The position numbers and the translations under genes are program-made. Positions 38,601-53,600 of a stretch of 64,000 bases of DNA are shown here, piece after piece; position 1 is the stretch's first letter; every line of letters begins with the position of its first letter. The notes below the pieces were generated by a model. The model did no database searches, had not been told where the DNA came from, and was given only the letters and a program-made list of their open reading frames with translations. This DNA comes from Antedon mediterranea (taxonomy: Eukaryota > Animalia > Echinodermata), in assembly GCF_964355755.1 (NCBI RefSeq), contig NC_092677.1:13042101-13106100 (forward strand), read 5' to 3'.

Positions 38601-41600
38601 TGTCAAAATGAGTAAATATTAAACAAATAGGTGCTGATTTTAAAGTTTTGCAATAAATTTACAATTATGTGAATAAAAAAAAAATTAAAAGTGAGTATTT
38701 GTTCAAATGTTATGAACATTGGCAGAATTGCGTTAAATTCACATTACATGGTCTAGTTTAATGTATATTAAAATGAATTATTTGTAAAAGTTTTAATTTA
38801 ATTTCCACCAGAATCAATTAAATGTAGTTGCATGAATTTATCTTATTAAAAGCACTGAACCAACGATGTGACAATACTCTACTAATCTATTACAAGTCAA
38901 GCATCAGGTAAATCTACTTATTACACTTTAGCAACATTATAATTTTAATGGTTCAACTATAAAATCACCGTTTTACAGTCATGCTATTGGGCCACATTAC
39001 AAGGGCGCTAATGTTTTTGAAAAGCGTTAACGGCGTCTCCAAAATTAAAAGTGAATAAAAACATACTGAGAAATAAACTGGCATGCTAAAAATAATTGTT
39101 GTAATAAAATACAACATTAAATTACATGCTTAATTGGATGGATAAAACCAAATTCTAATTTCATTCCAAAGGAAGAAATAATGGCAACAAGAGGGTCGGT
39201 GGTGATGGCTAGAACATTCCTATGCCTCAAACATGCCATACTCACGTCTTTGTTCGGCATAAGAGGTCCCTGATAGATAGAGTGCAGGCCATAGGGGCGT
39301 TGGAAAGAAGTAGTATATTAGTCTTAGCCCGAAAATGAGTAAATAATACTTAATCTTAATAAAAAAGACTAAATAATAAAACATGCTTGAATAAACGTGC
39401 CCTTTGGAAAAAAAAAACTCTTAACGAGTAATTTGCGTACTAATTAAATTAAAATTTATGTCTCATATTAAACATACATACATAATTTAATAATTCTTCA
39501 TATTATATGGAATCATTTTACTGTTTTGAACAGTCAAAGAGATTTTTCAATATGTCGTACATCATACATATTAAATAATGATTTAGGTATGCATGTAATA
39601 TCAAACACTATTGACCGGCAATTGCATTCAGTTAGATCTTGCAGAAAGCATTCGTTCACAATATGCATGAGTAAATGAATCATTTTGTCATGCTAACGCT
39701 ATTTTTCCTTCGATGCATGGCCTTTATCATGCACATGCCGATGAAAATAGCAACCGCTAAGGGAATATCCGAATAGAAAAGATTACTTACCGTTTTATCA
39801 CATTTTCTCTACAAAAAGGAGATATTTTTACAACTATACATAATTATAATTTTTTTTTCCAATTTTGAGTACGGTACTTTTAGCGACAAGCTAATACTAG
39901 TGATGACTTAGATTATTTTAGTTCAAATCACGTAGGTTTTTTATATATAATATTATAATATGAACGCTTGCAACAACCAAATCATATTTTTAATGATATT
40001 AGGTTGCACTTCACGTGGTTTTTCACATAACGTGTTTGTTGCACATCGCGTGTTTTTTTAATTATTAACACTTGCAACCAAATCATATTAACTGATACTA
40101 GCTTGCCCAAAAAAGTACAAATATATTGAATGTGTCGTATTCGTAGGCCTGGTCAACTTTGATACGACAACTTGGAATCGTTACATGGTTTAACTTCCAT
40201 GCAATAATGTTGACAAAGCAACTCAATTTCTAATTATGAAATGAAATAATTTCAGGCAATGATGAATCACATAAGCTGGCAATATTGCTGATGACGTCAC
40301 AAGCAATAGTCCCTACATGCAGCACGGTGTCCGGTGTTTTAAAATGTCTATAGCTACATAAGTCATGCATGCTCAATTATAATTTACGAAAATGATCTTT
40401 ACCGGTCTACATCTAATTAATATAGGGCCTACTTGATATCATATTATCACTTGATTTAATATAACTTGATTTAAATTTAATAAGATCTTTATATTAAGGC
40501 GATTGAAGTAATTCTAAAAATAGAACAAGACCAAATATGTTAAATTGATGAACTGAATTTGATAGATGGAAAGCAACTGAAAAATATTACACACTCGCAC
40601 TGTCGTATATTTCAATATACTATGATAAATGCATCTGGTTTAAAATGTACGATTCATGTGATTGTTAGCTCAAAAGTCACTAAACGTAGGGTAAGTTAAA
40701 CATGAATTTTTCTCATATTACCAATATATTAGGTTTGTACCGTACGTACTACACATTTTACAATACACCTACGGCATGGCTATTGAATTAAGTACCTACA
40801 GTACGTCACTTTCACTGATATCATGATTAACAGTAAATTCATGCAAATGACATGTCATATAAACCCATAACACTGCATGATACACAGATTAATCAAATAG
40901 CATTTTGAAAATTAATTTACAATATATACATTAATGTATTTAAAAGTGTCAGATTCAATGATAATGTAATGTTTTGAAATAATGAACATACCTCGAAACG
41001 TTTTAAAAAGTTTTGCTTTACAGGCAACAAGCTGTAAGAAAAATAAACATATAACTAATGTTACTACATTTGTAAGCAATTACAGAAAAGGTTTATTTGC
41101 GAGTCAGACAGGTTGTACAGAAAAGGTTTATTTGCGAGTCAGACAGGTTGACCTTTGTGTTCAGGTAGAAGATGGTCATGCACAGCAAATTAGATGGGGG
41201 CCTTCTACCTGCCAAGTCATGCATAGCAAATTAGATTGGGGTCTTCTACCTGCTAATGCTTGGTTCCCACTTGAGACGCAAGACAAGGACGTAACGCAAC
41301 GTAAGTGAGTTGACCAATCACAAGCGATGGCTTATTCACTTGTGATTGCTAACTGTCTATAACTTCGCTTGTCATTGGTTAAAACGCTTGCGTTGCGTTT
41401 ACGTCCTTGCGTTACGTTCTAGTGGGAACCAAGCTTTAGCAGCAGTTTGCGTTTAACATTCTGTTTTGTTCTAGTTAAGATAAGACTGGTTACATAATGT
41501 ATTATGCCTAATGTGTGGCACAAAAGAATATAATAATTTGTTATCTAGATCACACTATGGCCATTTCCATAACTATTTCCATGTCATCCTTATTATTAAA

Positions 41601-44600
41601 ACTGATATTTTCACATCGCAGGCGATACAGAGTGAATACGCTTTAAATAATTGAATTATAAAACTGTTTTAAAATAATTCGATCGACATTTAGTAATGGG
41701 GCGACAGGATACAAGGACACTGGGTGGAGTGTCAGTAGGTGCGAAGATTAGACAGTGCCTGTCCTATACTAAGCCGCTGGCATTATTTTTTCCTATGAGA
41801 CTAAGGCAGAAATCATGAATAGGCCTAATTAATGACATTAATATGGGAAATTATAGAGAGCGCTATATAAGCATGGAGAGAGATTAAATCATTTCTGTAA
41901 ACAGCATTTTGTCAAACGAAATGTTAGGTCTAGTGGTAAGGCTTTAACCTATTACACAATTATCAAGAACATGTTTTTTTTAATAGTTGAGAGAGATTAT
42001 ATAGGGGGTTAGGTTTAGTATATTTGGGAAGTAGATCAGCTATTTTGTACGGAAGCCCGTTCGGGCCACAAGTTAACTATATGATAAAAGCTGTTATCTG
42101 GCGGCCGCCACTTAATTATCTGGCGGCCGGCACTTAATTATCTGGCGGCTGCAACTTAATTATCTGGTCGCCGGCACTTAATTATCTGGCGGCCGCCACT
42201 TAATTAAGTGTCGGCCGCCAGATAATAATTAGTACATGTCCCGTCACGTGACATGTACGTGCATTGGATCAGATGCGATGTTGCATGCATGCACGTACAT
42301 ATCACGTGACGGGACATGTACTAATTATTAAGTGGCGGCCGCCAGATAATTAAGTGGCGGTCGCCAGATAATTAAGTGCCGGCCGCCAGATAACAGCTTT
42401 TAAAATATAGTTAACTTGTGGCTCGAAAGGGCTTCCGTAATTTTGTAATTCTTTATAATAGAAAATAATTAAGGTAATGAATCATTCATTTTCCTTAACC
42501 TCATAGGAAAAAAAGAATGCAACCCGCTTTTGTCTTACGGAATGAATCCACATGGTTAATAGAGGTACGTTTGAGAAGCTATAAGTTTGTTTAGAAAACG
42601 CATTACTCATGATATGATAGATTTGGCACAACACACATAGTGCATCAACTATGTTTTGTTAGTAACGGTTTGTTATCTTTTAAAGAAAATATCAGAAAAT
42701 CTGTTTCTAACTCAAACTCTTATAATGTTTTGGTTGTGTGCCTTATGAGAAATGGCTTTTATGGCTCAGCAATGGATGATGAAAACTGGCGTTTTCTACT
42801 CCGAGAATGTTAATATATTATTTTCCAGCCTGAGATCCATGGGGGAGTGTTATTGTTTCTTAATGTTGTTTTATATTTTATTTTGTTTAATGCTGTATAT
42901 AGAGTTTGTTTTTGTTAGTATATGTTTATATTTATATGTACAAATAAAGAATAAATTAAATGAATTATAGTTTTATGTGAAAACAATCACCAAAAAGTAT
43001 CAGTTTGTAATAATGAATTAGTGTTAAATCATTAAAAGAAATCATATAAGCTGATAATAATAATTAATTATAATATTGTACTTACTTGGTCATTTCTCTA
43101 AATTGCAACTTGCCGTCATTGTCTTTGTCATAATACTTCAACTGTAAGATTAGAATAAAAAAATATATTTTGGTATCAAGATTATTAGACATTGAGATAT
43201 TAATAGATTGGCTAGAAGGCAAACTATTAAATGAGATAAAAGAGAGCAGTACTTATTTTACTGAATGAGATATTCTCTCTAATCAACGCATACAAAATAT
43301 TCATTATTTGCTGTATAGCACACCTACGTTTGGTCAATTTCTCCATCGTATCTATTTGCGATAAACCGTAATGACAAATTCTAGGCCAGGAAGCTAGGCC
43401 ATTCTAAATAGCAGTGCTTTAACTTTAAATACGGGGATAGAATAGTTAAAAGAAGCGGTGCGCAAAACAAGTTGATTTTGAACCCGATGAATCAACGAAC
43501 AACGCAGCGTGGCAAAAAAATGCTCAAAATGAACATGAATGAAAGCGCATAATTAGGTAGGGCTAATTCCAAGTGACACGTGATACGTAAATTACCAATA
43601 AAATTGCAAGAATACAATCAGGTATGTTATAATATAGAATGACTCTGAATAGATATCACTGGATAACTAAAACAAACAGTACCTTCAATTACTAATTATT
43701 AATGTTAGAAAATCAAGAATATAAAATTAACTCCAACAAACAATTATTTTAAAAAAACAATTAAAATACCTACAATTTGTTGTGAATACTCTTTTAATTT
43801 TTCCTCAGAAACTTGTTTATCATGTCTTTTAATTATGTCCCTTAAAAATTCCTGAAAAATTTAAATTATAGTTAAACGGTTCAGAAACATTGTATTTTTG
43901 ACTATCCATTGAGAGTTCTGGGGGAACGAAAATTCCTCAATTTACGTCTCCAATATTGTATATCAGCCTAGAAGACGACACGATATAAAAGGACCTTTGA
44001 GTTTTTATTTAAAAAAAAAAACATTTGCTAATGTACCGTACTGTAATCAATATAGTTTTTAATATTATTCAATAATCTTCAATTTATAATATACAATTGT
44101 TTGAATACTTACAGTTAATTCTTGCGATTCAATACAGCCACTTTTATCAGTGTCGTATTTTCGCCAGGTCTAAGAAAAAAAAGAGATTTCGTTTCAAGTT
44201 AAAATAAGGTTTAATTTTCTGCTTTATTCTTTCTTTTACTTTTTATTTCGTAATCAGTGTACATATAAAATCACATAATAAAAAGCGCTTATAGTACTAT
44301 ACAAAAATACACTATTCACAAAACCCAATAACAATCAATCATGGACTATAGGCTGGAAAATATATTAGAACGCCATTCTATTGCTGAACCATAAGGGCAT
44401 AATGTATTTATTGTGTTTTTTAGTGGGAAACCATAAATAGATGTTCTGATATTTTCTGTGAAAGGTAACATTACTAACAAACATGGTTGATGCACTATCG
44501 TGTCATGGTAAGTTAAGTACTTAATGCGTTATTATAACAAACTTGTAGCTTAATATTATAATTGGACCATAATAGTAGTCAGTAGTTTTTGTCTTTTTAT

Positions 44601-47600
44601 GTTATCTTTTCGATATTGTCTAAACATAGTCAAGTAGTTTACGTATAAAACGGCATATTTACCATATAATATTCAGTCAAAACATTTACTAAAGACTTTC
44701 TAGCAATTGAATTAGACAAGGAGCAATAGCGCCACCACCAGTCTTTATTATAACGGTGGCGCTATTGCTAACAATCATGCATTGTGCAATGACGTTCCTT
44801 GCGAACTGAAGCTATTTACAATAAACCTTATTATTCTAATATTTTTACTACATAATTACCAAATTTAGACTTAATAATTGGTACCAATATAACAAGACAC
44901 AGTTTAATAGGAATAAGCCTAGCGGCATTTTGGGGCGTACAGTATGTAGCAAGGCCATACATGGCTGCAGTCGGGTGCTCAAATTTGAGTTAGTGTTTAC
45001 CGACGACCAATACAACCATTCGACCAACCGACCGACCGACATAATGAGCAGTAGAGTCGCGTTGCACGCGACTAAAAAGTATACACAATAACACTCACGC
45101 GAAGACTAGCAAATCTAAAATGCTCAAGTTATCATATCAAAACCAGCTGATTTGTGTAAATTAGTTCGCGAGAATCGAAAGCGTCAGCTTATACGGATGC
45201 CTATTTGGGTCTGGAAGATAGAAACATGAACACGCATGCGCACAAACGCTTCCGATACTTAAAGTAAGATTATCAATTAACAAAGCAACTTTTAGCGGTG
45301 TAATATTGAACTTATCATGAGCATTAACATTGAAGAGTTTGTCAATAACAATTGTTTATCGGTATCGTTTTTAACACAATTGAAAATATCAGAAAAATGA
45401 TCTGCCCAGAAAATCATCTTTTAGCATTATAAGGGAGGTTTATGAATGCATTTTGCTTCCTAATATTTGTTGGTTACAAAAACAAATGATGTTTACCTCC
45501 ATGAAGTCTACGCTATTATCAATGGCACCCATAGTTCGGAAAAGAAGCAGGAAATTCTCCTCTGGTCGCAGCAACTCTGCCAACTGAAATAGAAAATAGC
45601 AAATATGCATTGTTAATTTATTTTTACATTCTAAAATCAATACTCAATAATCCTTTATTATGACACCTTAATTCATCGTAAGATGATACATTTTCACAAT
45701 GTTGATATTTTAAAATATAGTTTATAAATCCTAATTATGTATAATGAAACTATTACTTTAAAAAATCACTTATTGAAATATATAGCAAGGTTGTACTAAA
45801 TACTAGCATTAATCTGACAAAACATCACATAATATACGTGTAGCCGATACAAGTTATAGACAGACATTATTTGATTCTGTTGAATATTTTTAAAATCTGT
45901 AAAAAAGAAACATTTCCAAATACAATCATTATGTGCCGAAGTTAAATGAAATATTTAAAACATTTTATTATTATTTAGGATTATAATTGATAGATCTAAA
46001 ATTAGCTAATAATTTGTCATGCAGTTGCTTTTTGTTGTTTTTTGTTTGTTTAGAGGTTGGTATTTGACAAGTTCTTCTACTTCTTTTCCCGATCCCTAAA
46101 ACAGTTCTTAATTATTTTTACCATTTAAGTTGTTGTATGCTTCTTTTATTTCATGAACTGTTTCTAAATAAATGTTGAATAAATTCTAAACTGTGAATTA
46201 ATTAAACACACTAATAATTATTAGTACGGTTGTACTATACGCGCACTAATCATTATTTGATTCTCTAAATCTTGTAATAAAAGTATAATTAATTTGGATT
46301 TATATTTGCCCTTTTAAATTTAATTAATATACACCTCTAGCTTTTAATGTAATAAAACTGTTCGCCCTTTTACTTAATAAATTTTCATTATTAGTAACAA
46401 TCTAAAAAAAAGGTGAAAAACTAATCTTACTGAATCATTGCGATGTTGTAAACTTTGACCTTTTAGTTTTGTTTGTGGGGTGTATGTTCAAGTTCTGATT
46501 TTCTATTATTAACAGATAAATGAAAGCACTCAGAAACTGAGTGAAGTACTTTGCAAAATATTTCCACAGAGGGCGCATGTTGACATTTCGGCCCATTTTA
46601 AAAGAATGCAATTTTTGTATTTGTGAAGTTATTAATGAACCGATTTTATTGAATGTCAATAGGCATGTTCTGTAAGTATATAACTATTTACACCAGAATG
46701 ATATACTTTTAAAATTATAGGCGCTATCAAACAAACAAACAAAGCAAGTAGCCTACTATACTTGGTAAAATTCTATTTTGCCAAGTAAAGAGCTTGATGT
46801 AATCTCTATAGGATTATATAAATGTATACATTAAGAATCGTTTTCCCCCACAAAAGAGAAAAAAAAAGAATCGTACCTCTGACATCTCAATTTTATTGTC
46901 TGCGTTAGTATCGTATTTTTGCATAATCACTTTAGTAAGACCTGCTACAGTATCATCTGAAACAACAAACTGCAAAAGACATAATAAATTGTTAAAGATA
47001 TATTGTCCCCCTGAAAACATTTTGTTTTAAAATATTTTTGTTGAATAAGCCATTTTAATTGCACATAAAAGTTCACTTTGACCTCAAATTGGATCGAAAA
47101 TTTTTATTTTTAACCGACAAAATCGTAATTTAAAGCAAAAATTAACAAACCGGAAGCTCTTTGTCTGGAAGACAAACGTGTTCCGGTTTAATTTAACCCT
47201 TGACCCGAATTAGCTCATAAAATATTCATATTGTATGGATACATCGTGTGGATGATGCTAAAATCAACAAACAGCCAACAACGATAGCAATGCATGAGAC
47301 TGAGAGAGAGTCGAGTAGTGACGCGAGACGAATCTTGAAGAAAACACGAAACCTATAGCTAGCAGAATGCTAAGTTAGAACTTCAGTTGGTAACTTTGAT
47401 GAGTCATTTAGGTGAGTTTTTGTTTCGCTAGCAGGAGAGGCCTAGCCCTAGGCCCGAATTTGCTGCTATTGTATTAAATCTACTAGGCAGTACACTGCTA
47501 GCTAGGCCTAGACCACCACCAGAAGGAATGTATTTTTGTTTTATAATTTTTTGTTTCCATAATGATGAATTGGTTAAATTTCTTAATTTAAGATTTCAAC

Positions 47601-50600
47601 TATCTATTCTGCAGAGAAAATTACCAAATAAATCTAAATATTGTTTTAGATGTTTACTGTACAGTATTTTAAAAATATTTTCTGCATCAAATGCAATAAT
47701 AGGTTTAAATCAACATTCGCACAATTAACCATCTTATGCAGATATTTTGACACACATTTTTGTGATTGATTAAACAATAAGAGCAAGTAGTGAGAAACAC
47801 AAAATGTATCGTACAGTGGCAACATTCACAATTTATTGAAACGTTTCTTACTACTAAAATGACACTTTGTAATGGATATGAGCGATCTTAGAAGACTATA
47901 GCTGCCGTAATTACTGCCGCAATCAACACATTGATAAGTAGTAGACAAATTGACACAAAAAACAATACAGAAATTCAATCAGATATACTGTATATATATA
48001 ATATATATTTGTATTAACTCCTTTTGCACTGTAATATTTACAGTAAAATTATGAAGTATAAGTAAATTTGAAGAATTTATCCTGTGTACTGTTGTAGTAG
48101 TATTTTTTATTTATTGAATGTTATGTTTACAAAATAATATACATATTTTTGCTTTATGATAAAAAAAAAATATACAACAACATTTTACAAGCTGGACAAG
48201 AACATATTGATCGAATGCAGCAGGAGAGTCACACATTTTGTTCTTGCAATATCCAATCATTTTCCAATACCGAGTCTATCATTAGTTGTCTTTATGAAGT
48301 ACGAATGTGACCTCTGTTCCAGTCTTCAGCAGCTCACCGTCTTTAAATAAATGATGTATAAATAAGTTAAATATTTCACAAAATCTAAAGTTTTCAATTT
48401 CGGCAAAGTAAAACACATTACAACTTAATAAAGAGAAAACAAATATTTGACTTACTACAGTACAGAGTAACATAGTGATGAACATTTGTTTGTGTTGTAA
48501 AATGGCTAAGCTGGCTTTCCCCCTCTGTCTACTTGTACAGTGCTGCTGGAAGGTTCTCAATTCAGGCTTGTATTGTAACCATTTTCCCTGAAAAAGTTTG
48601 TTTTATTTTTATCATAAAAACTAGTAAAACAAGCTTCAACGAGCTGCCTTCAACATTCTGCAAGCATAAAATGGTAAAATATTGATAATTTCTTATTTAT
48701 AACTACTTTAATCAATTAATAACTGAGCACCCTTCAGAAATCCATCGCCAGCTTAGCTTCCAAAGGGTGCTCAGTATTAATTGATTAAAAATAGTTATAA
48801 ATAAAACAACTATCGATTTTTTACAATTTTATGATTTCAGAATGTTGTAGACAACTCGTGAGTAGGTTGGATGAAGATTTTCAGTAATTTTAAGGGGTGG
48901 GTTATAGTAGGAAACTGCATTAGCGCCCCTTCAACTGTAAATTATGTATATGGTACAGCAGGCTGGCTGTATTTTTCGGAATGTAAGATTGATGGCCCAG
49001 TCTGCCGCGCCTGCTAACTAGTCTAGCTAGGCCTAGCTAGGCCTATGCATGTATTATTTTAGGCCTAGCCTTGAAAAAATCCTAGGCTAAGTTAATTAAT
49101 TAACCTTTCTGTTATTACAAACGTCTTTCTAGTTTACGTTATATACAGTATATATATATTATTATTTTTCATAATAACCGTCTAGGCCTACTTACCGACA
49201 AATTAACAGCTGGGCTTTACATACGATCAAGGGAAACCCCCCCAGTCGAGTCGCGTCGATCTCTGGTGGTGTGTACAAACAACGTGAATCATCTATGTTT
49301 GTTGTTAGATCAGATCTCAGCTGTGTGGATTACCATTAACATATTATGCATATGTATGAGTTAGTATACCGGCCTAATTTTTGAGCTGACAAGTTAAGAA
49401 AAATGATTTAACTTATATTGCTTTTTTCTAAGCAAAATTAATAATTTTTTCGGATTTTTTTTCGGCGAAAGTGAACAAATTTATTATAACTACAAAATGG
49501 TCTATTCAAAATTTGATTTATTGATCTTCATTTTTCATATTTTGGGGGACAATACAACTTTAAATTACTATGTTCCATATTACCAAAAGAAGCGGCTGCT
49601 TGTCAGTTTGGATACCATTTAAAAACACACAGACTAGACAACTGGTCAGTACCTGGCAGGGAAAGAGGAGGGGGATGGGGGTGCCCCATTACTTTAAGCA
49701 TAGAGATATTATAGTGACTATAATATCTCTATGCTTTAAGAATGACGTCTTGATGACGTTTTCTAACCACAGGAGGAGGTACTATACCAATCATGATCGG
49801 TTTATTTAATTTATAATCAGTTACTCAATCAATCAATCAAGTACTCAATATCATTTTGTTAGTTTCTTTTTTAAGAGTATTGAGAGTTTGATTTATTGAT
49901 TTTATAGAGAGCGTTCCAAATATGTCCGTGAATAAATACGATCTTCAAGCACTAGATACAACCAGAAGTTGGGAATTCAATGTTTAAAGAAAGACTACGT
50001 GTCTGTTGTGGTCATTGTCGTAATTTGTAGTTGCAGATCTTACCTCGCCCCATCAAGCCATCTTATCTTATCTTAATACTGATCTAAAACATGTGCAACT
50101 ATGGTTAGAAAGTAACAAATTAAGTCTAAACGTTAAAAAGACTGAATATATGATTTTAGGAACACATACAAAATTGAATAAATTGATTACCATGGATAAT
50201 AATATTTATACAGTAACCGTAAACATTTAGGTGTCATTATCGATGAAAATTTAAAACGGCATAAACAAATAGATCAAGTGACAAATAAAGTAATATCCGG
50301 TCTGTAGGCCTACTATCTTAAAGTAAACAATAGTTTCCCTCAAAGTATGCAATCATTAACGTACAAATCTATCATAGCCCACCATTTTGACTACTGCAAT
50401 GTTGTATGGGGTCGTTGTAACCAAACCCTCAAATATAAACTCCAAGTACTCCAAAATAGAGCAGCCAAAATAATTACACATAAATCTAGGTATGACTCTA
50501 GCTCACAGACAGGCGCTCAAAGATTTAAATTGGCCTAATTTAGAAAAAAACAACATTTCAACGAAGCAGTCACAATGTATAAAATAATGAATAGGCTAAC

Positions 50601-53600
50601 TTAACACCATCCTACTTAAGAAACAGATTCTATGAACGCAAACAAACATATAATACTAGATCAAAAGATATTCTAAGTTTACATAAGGCAAACACTGAGT
50701 ACAAAAAGAAAAGTTTCTCCTATTCTGGCGCAAAGCTATGGAATAGTTTAAATGCTATCAACTCAAATGCAATTACAGCTCCTAAATATATATATATTTA
50801 AAAAAGTAATAAATGACCAAAGATGTTTTTTGGGTTTTTTTTTTGTATAGTTTTTTTAATCATATTCATATGTACTGTAAATGATAACTTGTGTAAATAG
50901 TTTTGTAGTAAGTAACGGCCTTGTGAAAAACACCAATCTGGTGATTCAAGTGTTGCATCCGTTTTTAAATAAAGTTATTATTATTATTATTATCAGATTA
51001 GTAGCGTTAATGCTACATCTCCTTAACGAACAAAACTTGCCGGTTGTAATTTTAGTACACTTTTATAATACTAGCGTCCTCTATAGGCTAAAGTAACATT
51101 CTATTTCTTGGCACGAACAAAAATCAAAATGCAAGGGGAAAATTTAAATACTCTTATGATAACTCAAGTTTATATTGGATCTGGCCTGACAGTACACCCT
51201 TTAGCAAACTGTGATAAGCCTATTCTTAAATAGATATTCATTTCATTTCATTTCATTATTTATTTGGTCTATTTAAGTATATACAAAACAAAAAAAAACT
51301 GAAATTGGGGAGACCAGGGTCAACCTAAGTGAACTTAATTACTGTAGCTGAGCCGGTTGACCCAACCCCAAAGTCAGTTTACACATAAAAGACATAAAGA
51401 CAAAATACAGTTACAGCGAATCAAAATGAATATGAACTTTTCTAATGAATTAGGCTGATGGGCTTTCTAGGACTGCAACATCTGTCAACGGTCTGGGAAG
51501 CTGGTCCCAGACACGGGGTAACCTGATTGCTATGGAATGGAAAAAAGCCTGTGTCCTTGATGCTTGATGTCTGCAGCACAAGCGATCATTGTGACGAGTA
51601 TTTATTAAAATACAGTTATGAACTGTGCTGCAGTCCAGAAACCCACCAGAACCTTAAAACAAAATATAATAAGAAATTTATCTCTTCTAACAGACAAAGA
51701 TGAAACTGAAAGCAAATTCAATTTAAATTATTGCTGATATCGCTAGTACCATGACAACGTGATTTCCAATTTCTTTTAGTGAATTTTTCTGTGTCATGCA
51801 TAATCTCTTTTTTACTTAAATAACGAGAATTCGTGTTTTGGCTTTTACATTTTCCTTTACAAAGGAATGCACAAAATCATGGCAATGAAAAATGAAATGT
51901 CCAACGTCAAGCGTGATATAGTGCAGTTATTTTGATATCATGTGACAATTGTCCAATAAAATTTAAAATAATCTACTTAGGTGTATTGTAAATTATAATA
52001 ATGTATAAAATATTCTACATTACTTTGCAGAGAAGCATATTCCAGTTCCCTCAGGCAGCGCTTGTCTGCTTATTATACTCTACTTTGTCCAAGTACGGTC
52101 ACTTGCACTGATGATGCTAACTTTTTTTCTGGCGGTTCTACTTTATCGTTTTGATTTAGCTTTTTGCTTAGTTTTTTTGGGATCCAGCAACTGATACCCA
52201 CAGCATTGTCATTATTTCCAGTAACTTGCCTTTGCATTTATATAATTGAGGGCTGTTCCGCCGTACCACGCCGAGAATGTTAAAGAGTCGCTATCCAATC
52301 GAGTTTGAACAATAACATGAAAGCCCCGTTGGCAGCGCAACTGCATATCAAGCAGACGGCCCGAGTTCGAGTCTCGGTTCGATTTCCTCATCTTTATCGT
52401 TTCAAATTAATTATTTAAATTTCACCAGGCGGTTTAGAATTAATGTTCTTTGCCTGATGTGTTTATATATATATATATATACATATATAAATCCAAAGGC
52501 AAATTACTGAAAAAATACAAAAAAAAAAGCGAAAAGATAAATCAAAACGATAAGGTAAAACATCCAGAAAATTTAGCAGAGCTTTCGGGCAACACTAGCC
52601 CTTCATTGGTGCAAGTGAAGGAATTTGGATAAAGTCATAGCATAAGAACTGGCAAGTACTGCCTGGGTGAACAGGAATAAAAGAAATACAACAAAGGAGA
52701 CAGGGTGGTGAATGGAGGTTGGAGACTGAATAAGAGTAGAAAACAAAGAAGGAGATATAAACAATTTGGAATTTGAAGCTTAAATGTTGGTATAGTCAAT
52801 GGAATACATATGTATATATTGGGGTTGGGGCGACCTTTTCCTATTTCCTCATCTTATCGTTTCAAATTAATTAAATAAATTTCAGTATATTACGGTTTAG
52901 AATTTATCCTGTGTCTGTGATGTTTATATATTATACATACAAATATTGACCTTTTCTTTTAAATAATGATTTTGCATTAGGCGTCACCTTCGGATTATTC
53001 TAGCTAATTCCATAGTTGTTGAGATACGTTTCATGCTCGCCTAGGGAAATACTATACAATTCCCGTCAAAAATCGTATACTAAATGCCTAATTAGAAAAA
53101 TCAAATGAGATTCAAGCCTGTGTTTTCCGGCAACTAGTGGCATTTCGTTTTCTGATATATTTGATTGGCTGTACAGTATGTTTAATTTCGAATGATAATG
53201 TACGATGTCAAATCGGCCATTTGATCTAAAAACTAGGCAAATCAAGCTCTTTATGATATATAATGTTGTGTTTTACATATTAAATACAAAACTATTTAAA
53301 TCGCAGAAGGTATAATGCTGAAATTTAATGTAATTTATAAAAATAAAAATGTGATTCGAGATTCTTATGAGACGGAAGACGAAACATTATGAGAATGTAA
53401 TAATAACAATTTTTGGACATAAATGTAACCTATTAAAATGTAAAAAATAAAAAAAAATGTCTCGGTTTACATTATTTTATGTAAAGTCGTCTTGGTTCAT
53501 AATTAATGCTTCCTCTTAGAAGCGTGCCCTAATCATGAAAGGTGTGGTTTCACATGCATATACCGTTTGTAGTTGAGGTAGATAACGTAGGCATGCATGA

